From IMG/VR virus record IMGVR_UViG_2579779105_000001: a stretch of 64,000 nucleotides of DNA. One strand, 5' to 3'. Source of the stretch: a virus (lineage: Duplodnaviria; Heunggongvirae; Uroviricota; Caudoviricetes). The notes beneath the pieces were generated by a model. It was given only the letters and a program-made list of their open reading frames with translations, did no database searches and had not been told where the DNA came from. The first letter of the stretch is position 1; the number at the start of each line of letters is the position of its first letter. This document shows positions 56,601 to 64,000 of the stretch, one piece after another. The translations under genes were made by a program, and so were the position numbers.

Positions 56601-58872
56601 CCTTAGATATGGTTCTGTTTGCAGTGGAATTGAAGCAGCGAGCATTGCCTGGGAACCGTTGGGTATGCGTCCGGCGTGGTTTGCTGAAATCGAGCCTTTT
56701 CCATCTGCCGTTCTTGCGCACCGCTGGCCCCATGTCGCCAACCTTGGCGATATGACAAAACTTGCCAAAAAAGTCCTGGCTGGGGAAATCGAATCCCCTG
56801 ATGTGCTCGTCGGGGGAACACCTTGTCAGGCATTCAGTATCGCGGGATTACGTGGTGGGCTTGATGATGAGCGTGGCGCGCTAACTTTAAAGTATGTGGA
56901 GCTTGCAAATGCAATTGACGACAAACGGGCTGAGTCATTTCTCAAACCAGCCGTTATCGTCTGGGAAAATGTCCCAGGAGTCTTGTCATCGGCAGATAAC
57001 GCCTTCGGATGTTTCCTTGCCGGATTGGCTGGAGAAGATGCGCCATTCGAACCAGGTGCTCGACCTGAATCACGAAAAAGTAACGCGTTCTGGCGGTGGG
57101 ATGTCAAAACCAGTTGCCATGCTCCAAAGTGGCCGCAGTGTGGTTGTATTTATGGACCGCAGCGAAAAGTGGCCTGGAGAATCCTTGATGCCCAATACTT
57201 CGGAGTGGCACAACGACGCCGACGCGTGTTTGTTGTCGCAAGTGCTCGAACAGACCTCGATCCCGCAACGATACTTTTTGAGTTCGAAGGCGTGCGCCGG
57301 AATATTGCGCCGAGCCGAAAAAAGAAGGAAATCGCTTCCGCCATTATTGCAAATGGCGCTGCAATCAGTGGCGAAAGTCTAAATCCATGCCTACACGCTG
57401 ACATGCCCCCCGGTATGAAATCGACGAAAGCCGTAAACGCTTTCAGGATGGCGGCATTTGGGGAATATATTGACGATGAAACCGCATCGACAGTAAAGGC
57501 AAGAGACTTTAAAGATGCCACTGACCTTGCCGTTTTTAGCAGCACAGGAGCAGGTTTTTGGTCAGAGGGGCATGGTACATTGCGGGCGCGTGAGCAAGAA
57601 AGCCATGAGCATCTTGTTACATTAGCTTTTCCTGAGCATATGAGCGGTACACAACATGCTGCAACTAAGAATACTTCACCATCTCTAATGGCTCAAAATC
57701 CAACAGCCGTTTGCTATGAAGCAAGAAACGCAAAAGTAGCTGTTCGCCGTCTTACCCCTGTCGAATGTGAAAGGCTGCAAGGTTTTCCTGATGGGCATAC
57801 GTTGATCCCTACGGAAAAGCGTAAAACAATTTCCTCAGATGAACTGGCATACCTTCGCAATCACTATCCAGATTTAAGCGAAGAAGAGGCCGCGATGCTC
57901 GCTGCTGACGGGCCGCGTTACAAAGCGATTGGCAACAGCATGGCAGTTCCTGTTATGCAATGGATTGGGTGTTGCATTCTTGCGACTGTGGAAGCTAAAC
58001 AGCCAAAAACAATAAATACCATTACCTACACAAGAATACTCCGGACTCCGGATGAATATGAGCGTCCGATCTTCAAATGGGTAGGAGGTAAATTCTCAGA
58101 GTTACCTACAGTGCTTGAGCATCTACCACACGGCAAGCGGTTAATAGAACCATTCGTTGGTGGCGGTTCCGTATTTACGAATGCAGGATTTCGCCACAAC
58201 CTGCTTAATGATATTAACGGTGACCTGATTAACTTCTATCAGACATTGCAGCGAGAAGGACATTCGCTCGTCACGCTGTCATATAGTTTTTTCCAAAATT
58301 ACAACAACGCTGACGCTTACCTCGAAGTGCGTGAGGCATTTAACAGAGGAAAGTATGACCAGCTACATCATGCTGCCGCCTTTTTGTACCTTAATCGGCA
58401 CTGTTTTAATGGCGTAACGCGGTACAACCAAAATGGCGAGTTCAACGTGGGGTATGGCAAATACAAAGCGCCCTACTTCCCACATGCAGAGATGGAGGCA
58501 TTTTTGGCTGATGACGTACTCAAAAACACGTCCTTTGTATCAGGTGACTTTGCTGGCGTCATCGAGGCGGCTGGTGAAGGCGATGTGATTTTTTGCGATC
58601 CGCCGTATGAACCGCTGCCGGATACAGAAGGGTTTACCAGTTATTCAGGAAATAGCTTCCGTTTCGACGAACAGAAACGGCTGGTATCTCTATTGGTGGA
58701 AGCCCACCAGCGCGGCGCTAAGGTAGTGATTACAAATAGTGGTGCGCCAAACATCCGTGAACTATATGAAGGAAACGGGTTTAAAGTACATCATATGGCA
58801 GCCAGACGGTCGGTTTCCTGCAAGGCGTCAACACGTGTAGTTGCTAACGATATAATTGCAATAATGAAGTAA
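56578..58872 (+). CDS. dmt: bifunctional DNA methyltransferase: N-terminal C5-cytosine MTase + C-terminal Dam-like N6-adenine MTase
   Basis: C5 motifs [26 protein letters not shown]; Dam-like motifs KWVGGK and DPPY; start codon (TTG/GTG at 56578-56584) uncertain. Confidence 0.8.
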   Translation: MVVKQNVNLRYGSVCSGIEAASIAWEPLGMRPAWFAEIEPFPSAVLAHRWPHVANLGDMTKLAKKVLAGEIESPDVLVGGTPCQAFSIAGLRGGLDDERGALTLKYVELANAIDDKRAESFLKPAVIVWENVPGVLSSADNAFGCFLAGLAGEDAPFEPGARPESRKSNAFWRWDVKTSCHAPKWPQCGCIYGPQRKVAWRILDAQYFGVAQRRRRVFVVASARTDLDPATILFEFEGVRRNIAPSRKKKEIASAIIANGAAISGESLNPCLHADMPPGMKSTKAVNAFRMAAFGEYIDDETASTVKARDFKDATDLAVFSSTGAGFWSEGHGTLRAREQESHEHLVTLAFPEHMSGTQHAATKNTSPSLMAQNPTAVCYEARNAKVAVRRLTPVECERLQGFPDGHTLIPTEKRKTISSDELAYLRNHYPDLSEEEAAMLAADGPRYKAIGNSMAVPVMQWIGCCILATVEAKQPKTINTITYTRILRTPDEYERPIFKWVGGKFSELPTVLEHLPHGKRLIEPFVGGGSVFTNAGFRHNLLNDINGDLINFYQTLQREGHSLVTLSYSFFQNYNNADAYLEVREAFNRGKYDQLHHAAAFLYLNRHCFNGVTRYNQNGEFNVGYGKYKAPYFPHAEMEAFLADDVLKNTSFVSGDFAGVIEAAGEGDVIFCDPPYEPLPDTEGFTSYSGNSFRFDEQKRLVSLLVEAHQRGAKVVITNSGAPNIRELYEGNGFKVHHMAARRSVSCKASTRVVANDIIAIMK

Positions 58873-58874
58873 AA

Positions 58875-58904
58875 AACGCCGCAGTAGCGGCGTTTACTTT
58901 TTTA
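58875..58904. terminator. bidirectional rho-independent terminator
   Basis: AACGCCGC-AGTA-GCGGCGTT hairpin with A-run upstream and T-run downstream, between convergent dmt and glnS. Confidence 0.65.
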
Positions 58905-58920
58905 TGTGGCGAAATACCTA

Positions 58921-60582
58921 TTAACCTAACTTCGCCCAGGTATCACGCAGCCCAACGGTGCGGTTAAATACCGGTTTTTCCGCCGTAGAATGGCGGCTGT
59001 CGAGGCAGAAATAACCTTCACGCTCAAACTGGAATGCTTTACCAGCTACCGCTTCTTTCAGCGACGGTTCAGCAAAGCCCTGTTTGATCACCAGCGATTC
59101 CGGGTTAATCACCGACAGAAAATCATCCGCAGCACCTGGGTTCGGTACACTGAACAGACGGTCGTACAGGCGAATTTCAACCGGCAGCGCATGGGCCGCG
59201 CTTACCCAGTGGATAACGCCTTTCACTTTACGACCATCTGCCGGATCTTTGCTTAAAGTATCGGCATCGTAGGTACAGAAGATGGTGGTGATATTGCCTT
59301 CGGCATCTTTCTCCACGCGTTCAGCCTTAATGACGTAAGCATTACGCAGACGCACTTCTTTACCCAGCACCAGACGTTTGTACTGCTTGTTAGCTTCTTC
59401 GCGGAAATCGGCGCGGTCGATCCAAATCTCACCGCTAAACGGCACCTGACGGCTACCCATTTCCGGTTTGTTCGGATGGTTCGGCATGGTGACCATTTCG
59501 CCTTCGCCCTGGTAGTTTTCGATAACCAGTTTCACCGGATCGATAACCGCCATTGCGCGCGGCGCATTTTCGTTGAGATCTTCACGGATGCAGGATTCCA
59601 GCGACGCCATCTCAATGGTGTTGTCCTGCTTGGTCACGCCGATGCGTTTGCAGAACTCACGAATAGAAGCCGCAGTGTAACCACGACGACGCAGACCGGA
59701 AATGGTCGGCATACGCGGGTCATCCCAGCCTTCAACGTGCTTGTCGGTCACCAGCAGGTTCAGCTTACGCTTGGACATCACAGTGTATTCCAGATTCAGG
59801 CGCGAGAATTCGTACTGGCGCGGGTGAACAGGAATGGTGATGTTGTCCAGCACCCAGTCGTACAGGCGACGGTTGTCCTGGAACTCAAGCGTACACAGAG
59901 AGTGCGTAATACCTTCCAGCGCATCGCTGATGCAGTGGGTGAAGTCGTACATCGGGTAGATGCACCACTTGTTGCCAGTCTGGTGGTGTTCAGCAAACTT
60001 AATGCGGTACAGCACCGGATCGCGCATCACGATAAACGGCGACGCCATGTCGATTTTCGCACGCAGGCAGGCTTTACCTTCTTCAAAACCACCGGCACGC
60101 ATTTTTTCGAACAGCGCCAGGTTCTCTTCAACGCTGCGATCGCGGTACGGGCTGTTTTTACCCGGCTGCGTCAGGGTGCCGCGGTATTCGCGGATCTGTT
60201 CCGGCGTCAGTTCGTCAACATACGCCAGGCCTTTGTTGATCAGTTCAACAGCATAGGCGTGGAGCTGATCAAAATAATCGGAGGAGTAACGGACGTTACC
60301 AGACCAGTGAAAACCTAACCATTCAACGTCGTTTTTAATCGACTCGACGTACTCGATATCTTCTTTTACCGGGTTAGTGTCGTCGAAACGCAGGTTGCAC
60401 TGGCCTTTATAGTCCTGGGCGATCCCGAAGTTCAGGCAGATAGATTTCGCATGACCAATATGCAGATAGCCATTCGGTTCCGGCGGGAAACGGGTATGTA
60501 CTGTGGTGTGCTTACCACTTGCCAGATCTTCATCGATGATCTGACGAATAAAGTTAGTCGGGCGGGCTTCTGCCTCACTCAT
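58921..60582 (-). CDS. glnS: glutaminyl-tRNA synthetase
   Basis: 553 aa, essentially collinear and near-identical to E. coli GlnS as recalled, including HIGH (HIGH at residues 40-43) and VMSKR. Confidence 0.9.
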   Translation of the reverse strand: MSEAEARPTNFIRQIIDEDLASGKHTTVHTRFPPEPNGYLHIGHAKSICLNFGIAQDYKGQCNLRFDDTNPVKEDIEYVESIKNDVEWLGFHWSGNVRYSSDYFDQLHAYAVELINKGLAYVDELTPEQIREYRGTLTQPGKNSPYRDRSVEENLALFEKMRAGGFEEGKACLRAKIDMASPFIVMRDPVLYRIKFAEHHQTGNKWCIYPMYDFTHCISDALEGITHSLCTLEFQDNRRLYDWVLDNITIPVHPRQYEFSRLNLEYTVMSKRKLNLLVTDKHVEGWDDPRMPTISGLRRRGYTAASIREFCKRIGVTKQDNTIEMASLESCIREDLNENAPRAMAVIDPVKLVIENYQGEGEMVTMPNHPNKPEMGSRQVPFSGEIWIDRADFREEANKQYKRLVLGKEVRLRNAYVIKAERVEKDAEGNITTIFCTYDADTLSKDPADGRKVKGVIHWVSAAHALPVEIRLYDRLFSVPNPGAADDFLSVINPESLVIKQGFAEPSLKEAVAGKAFQFEREGYFCLDSRHSTAEKPVFNRTVGLRDTWAKLG

Positions 60583-60850
60583 TGTGGATTCCTCAAAGCG
60601 TAAAAAACGTATAACAGCGTATGATCTTATAAGCCGAATAGGCTGACAACCACTAGTTGATTAGAAATTGCTTTCTATCGTTATTTCAATAATGAGCTTT
60701 TTCATGAAGCCCACTTTTGCGCATAAGTAAATTAATGACAAATGGTACACAATTGGAACCAAAAAGGATGTAAAGGTGCACCAAATTAGTGGTGTATTGG
60801 TGCATCTTTGGTTCAAGATTTTTTAAGTTCTAAAACCACCCTGAAAGACT

Positions 60851-61138
60851 TTATTTTGCTTCCTCAGACTCCGCTAACATGAGGATAGCATGGCGGATCA
60901 TATTCAATTTGCTGCGATTATGCTTTTTACTTAACGCATCAAGTACCTGGTACTCGTATTCATTGAAACCAACACGAATAGATTTAAAATCACGTGGAGC
61001 GTCCTTATCGAGCACTTTGTTGTCTTCTGGTTGCTCACCCGGCACCAAATCAGCCTTACTTGCAAAATCCTCAATTCGGCGTTCAAGATCGGGGTCTTTT
61101 ACTTCGGGGGCTTTTACCGATTTACGAGGTTTAATCAC
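60851..61138 (-). CDS. ParG-like ribbon-helix-helix partition protein
   Basis: 95 aa; C-terminal RHH-like KSIRVGFNEYEYQVLDALSKKH; overlaps the ParA-like gene. Confidence 0.5.
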   Translation of the reverse strand: MIKPRKSVKAPEVKDPDLERRIEDFASKADLVPGEQPEDNKVLDKDAPRDFKSIRVGFNEYEYQVLDALSKKHNRSKLNMIRHAILMLAESEEAK

Positions 61139-61772
61139 TTAATAACTCCTTAACCAACATCTGGATTTCACCTTTAGCTTTCCCGTTGTCCATCTCAACA
61201 ACGCCCTTCCCTTCAGCCATGCAATCGCGGTAAACCTTACGATCACGAATGATGGTTTTCAGCAACTTCAGTTGCGGATATTCAGCCAGGTACTCTTTGG
61301 CCTCATTGGTTTCATTCACAACCGGATTGGATGGGGCCATTGTTAAGACTGCGAACGCCTTAATGCTAGGATTAGGCATCAGGTCCAAAGCCTCTTCAAA
61401 CACTTCAACAAAGTGTGCCAGCGTGTCTAAATCTGGTTGAGATGGTCTGAATGGGACCAACACAATATCTGCAGCGGTTATGCCTGTACGCATCTCTTTG
61501 CTATCGCGCCCGGCTGTATCAACAACTACAAATTCATAACGCTTATCCAGATCGAGAAGTGTTTCTCGAATATTACCAAACTTCTGGACACAATGAATTA
61601 CAGGAGAAACCTCTGCCGTGTTACGGTCAGCGGCCCAGCGGGCAGCTGTTCCTTGCTTGTCTGCATCTAGTAACACTACATCCTTATTTTCGCGGGCAAG
61701 CTCCGCACAGATGTTTACGCTTGTGGTTGATTTTCCACAGCCACCTTTTTGGCTGACTACCAATATAATCAT
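61131..61772 (-). CDS. parA: ParA/ParF-family partition ATPase (type Ib)
   Basis: 213 aa; deviant Walker A KGGCGKST. Confidence 0.8.
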   Translation of the reverse strand: MIILVVSQKGGCGKSTTSVNICAELARENKDVVLLDADKQGTAARWAADRNTAEVSPVIHCVQKFGNIRETLLDLDKRYEFVVVDTAGRDSKEMRTGITAADIVLVPFRPSQPDLDTLAHFVEVFEEALDLMPNPSIKAFAVLTMAPSNPVVNETNEAKEYLAEYPQLKLLKTIIRDRKVYRDCMAEGKGVVEMDNGKAKGEIQMLVKELLSD

Positions 61773-61794
61773 ATCCGTTCCTCGGTGTTATTTT

Positions 61795-62050
61795 GGTATC
61801 AAACTGGTTCCAAACAGAAGCCTTATTGATGCAGTTTTGGCTCTATAGTGGAGTCATTATGCTTTGCAAAAGTATAACACTAATCATTCTAAATTTGCCC
61901 TCTGTTGCATCCTGTTTAACACGAAATCAGCCCTAAATTGGAACCAGATACAAAACTGCACCATAACAGCACCTAACCGGTGCCAGATTAACACCAATTA
62001 GGCACCATTAAGGCATAAAAAAGGCTGCAATTTGCAGCCTTAAACCAGCA
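61795..62050. repeat. centromere-like repeat region (GCACCA / TGGAACCA / TGGTTCCA motifs)
   Basis: Several short direct and inverted repeats upstream of the parA-like gene; similar motifs at 60760-60820. Confidence 0.35.
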
Positions 62051-62059
62051 CATCTTCTG

Positions 62060-62404
62060 TCAATCAGGTAGAGAGTCAGCCAGATTGCGCGCCGACGCGC
62101 TTTTGGCAACAACTTGCTCCTTCACTGGCTCAATGGAGGCAGGGCGCTCCTCAACCGCAGCTGGTAGTTCCAGGAAGGATGCCAGCATTTTTCGGATCAG
62201 CTCCGGATTATTATCTTCGGTCAGCAGGGAAGCCAGTAATCCTGGAAGCCTGCTATCGACTTCTCCCAGCGCAAGCCCTGCCAACAATGCGGTTCTTGCC
62301 ATATCGCTATGTTTTTTTATCTTCTCGCTCGCCGCCTTTTCATTGGCATAAGCCTCTGGGCGAAGATAAATCATCACTTTCTTACGTTCCTGAGACATGG
62401 ACAT
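62060..62404 (-). CDS. parR: ParR/StbB-like partition adaptor
   Basis: 114 aa directly downstream of the actin-like ATPase gene. Confidence 0.5.
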   Translation of the reverse strand: MSMSQERKKVMIYLRPEAYANEKAASEKIKKHSDMARTALLAGLALGEVDSRLPGLLASLLTEDNNPELIRKMLASFLELPAAVEERPASIEPVKEQVVAKSASARNLADSLPD

Positions 62405-62411
62405 TACCTCG

Positions 62412-63368
62412 TTAACCGATTGCTTTCAGGCCATGAACAAGAGCAAGTTGCGGGTCATCCGCCACGAAGAAACGGTCATCACGAATATTAACTTGCTCGC
62501 GAATTGCATCTGCCACCAGCGGTGCGCCACCACCGATCACCATGACATGCGTATATCCTTTAAAGTCGCCAATCACATCAAGAACGCGGGTACGCAGACG
62601 GTCAATGCTTGCGGCAATGGCCTTTTTCACATCACCAATCGCTGATGGGTCATTGATATTGTCGTTCAGATAATCTTCATCGTGGCGGTTAATAATGAGC
62701 TGATCGACATTGTAATTTGACGTTTCGGTATTGGCCCTTGCAAGTGCTTGCCTTACTTCCCTGGTGACCAGTGATACACCAAGATTCGAATCGCCAAAAA
62801 CACGGGAAACTGCCGTCATTTGCCCGGCGACCATTGAAACATCAAGGGTAGTTCCACCCAAATCGACGATAAGAACAGAATGGGCAGGGTTCAGATTGTC
62901 GCACAGGCCAATTCCTGCCGGAATAGACTCCGGTCGTACCGTAACTTTCTTAATCGTGAACACATTGCCTTTATTCAGCGTGACGGGGCGCATAAGACTG
63001 GCTTTCTTGCGCTCGATGTTATCGAGATTGTATTGCGCGTCGTCGTCGTAAAACTCCGCCAGAGGCAGCGTGACCACAATTTCTACTTCCTGCGGCTCAA
63101 TGCCACTTGTCAGCAGGGCATGGTGAACAGCCAGGACGTTAAGCGGGCTGTATTGCCATTCCACGTTATTCGTCGGCAGAACATCTGGCGAGATCAAATC
63201 ATACGAATACTTTTCGTCGTCAATGACATAGTTAAACGGCTTGCCCGCACCAAATGTTGCTGACCATCCGCGCTTAAAGCTGTTAGGGCTGATGTGAGTG
63301 CGAGTTTCCCCGTCGTGCTCCCACAGCATTTTGATATTGGTTGAACCATCATCGATAAAAATGCGCAT
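62412..63368 (-). CDS. parM: ParM/StbA actin-like segregation ATPase (type II)
   Basis: N-terminus MRIFIDDGSTNIK matches ParM/StbA as recalled; start placed at ATG 63368 (GGAG SD), not the track start. Confidence 0.8.
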   Translation of the reverse strand: MRIFIDDGSTNIKMLWEHDGETRTHISPNSFKRGWSATFGAGKPFNYVIDDEKYSYDLISPDVLPTNNVEWQYSPLNVLAVHHALLTSGIEPQEVEIVVTLPLAEFYDDDAQYNLDNIERKKASLMRPVTLNKGNVFTIKKVTVRPESIPAGIGLCDNLNPAHSVLIVDLGGTTLDVSMVAGQMTAVSRVFGDSNLGVSLVTREVRQALARANTETSNYNVDQLIINRHDEDYLNDNINDPSAIGDVKKAIAASIDRLRTRVLDVIGDFKGYTHVMVIGGGAPLVADAIREQVNIRDDRFFVADDPQLALVHGLKAIG

Positions 63369-63393
63369 CTTCTTGCTCCACTTCTGAGACACA

Positions 63394-63550
63394 TTTGAGA
63401 ATCATAATGCAATTTTAAAAGAGAAGCCCCCAAAAATCCACACCAAAAGAGATAAAAAAAGAGTGATTATTGAGTTCATTTTGAGAATACCTTAATCACC
63501 CAATGAATTATGGTCTGACAGTGAGATTTATTTGAGAATGAAGTGAGAAT
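63394..63550. repeat. parC-like iterons (TTGAGAAT x3-4)
   Basis: TTTGAGAAT at 63394, 63479 and 63531, plus GTGAGAAT at 63543, upstream of parM. Confidence 0.4.
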
Positions 63551-63635
63551 ACAGAAATATTCCGAAATTTAACTCTCAGTTTGAATGATGAAATAACAAA
63601 GTGATGACAATAGGAGGATAACCCGGAGGTGAAGA

Positions 63636-63920
63636 ATGAGCGCAATAGCCACCAGCGACACCCTTTGTTCTGGTCACGGAGGATTTCCGCCGCGACTGGT
63701 AGCTGAAACTGTTCCCTGGTTCACCGTTAACGGTAAGCCAATTGTTGTAGATGGTGCCATGTTTCCCAGTCACACTGACGGTAACAGTGCACATCCAGGG
63801 GCAGCTGTATCGACGCGAGTATGGTTTTCGATAGGTGGAAAGGGAGTTGTCTGTGTAGGCGATCCGCTTTCTTGTGGTTCTGTTATCGCCAACGGCGAGG
63901 ATATTTTTCAGGTTGCATAA
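63636..63920 (+). CDS. PAAR-like spike-tip protein
   Basis: 94 aa, Gly/Pro-rich with conserved Cys/His pattern reminiscent of PAAR-like domains; GGAGG SD. Confidence 0.4.
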   Translation: MSAIATSDTLCSGHGGFPPRLVAETVPWFTVNGKPIVVDGAMFPSHTDGNSAHPGAAVSTRVWFSIGGKGVVCVGDPLSCGSVIANGEDIFQVA

Positions 63921-64000
63921 TGCTTGATTCAATAGGTGAAGTTAAAGCCTTCAAAATTCTGTCAGATGCCGGTATCTCTACACCAGAATCTATAACCATA
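63919..64000 (+). CDS. hypothetical protein, 5' fragment (continues beyond window)
   Basis: ATG overlaps the PAAR-like stop (TAATG); frame is open to the window end. Confidence 0.3.

Noticed and set aside
59476-60318. 280-aa + strand ORF
   Set aside because: Lies antisense within glnS; Arg/Val/His-rich composition typical of an antisense artefact.
1-64000. CRISPR array or cas genes
   Set aside because: No regularly spaced direct repeats of 25-40 bp and no Cas-like ORFs anywhere in the window.
1-64000. IS elements, transposases or an integrase other than the Cre/Dre-like recombinase
   Set aside because: No transposase-like ORFs or terminal inverted repeats were found; the element looks plasmid-borne (two par loci) rather than integrated.

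Overview
The window reads as one contiguous segment of a P1/D6-family plasmid-prophage (phage-plasmid) from an enterobacterium, with no ordinary chromosomal context except one embedded glnS copy. In order it holds: the 3' end of a tail-fibre gene and its assembly chaperone; a lydA/lydB-like and Dar-like (hdf/darA/ddrA-like) block with possible portal and protease genes; a RepL-like gene; an immI-like c4/icd antisense locus; a 1863-aa DarB-like methyltransferase-helicase; a GC-rich structured non-coding region; a tRNA cluster (Asn, Thr, a divergent Ser(UGA)-like, Ile2); pacA/pacB terminase; a divergent C1-like repressor; a rox/lox-like 14-4-14 site with a Cre/Dre-family recombinase; an early operon with dut and a DUF2829 (Tad2-like) fusion; humD-phd-doc; a long leftward cluster of lambdoid-type accessory genes; a Ref-like nuclease; higBA beside an AT-rich membrane gene; hrdC and a bifunctional Dmt methyltransferase; glnS; and two tandem partition loci. 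A 14-bp motif (TAGTTTTCTAACAT and variants) recurs at about ten intergenic positions and looks like the operator set of the C1-like repressor. The strongest candidates for undescribed biology are the early anti-defence-like operon, a stand-alone ClpX zinc-finger mimic, the spacer-variant rox-like site, and the structured RNA/tRNA region. All protein calls rest on motif recognition and recalled family knowledge, not on database searches. The ORF track evidently uses GTG/TTG as well as ATG starts, so several starts were re-placed at an in-frame ATG with a Shine-Dalgarno sequence.
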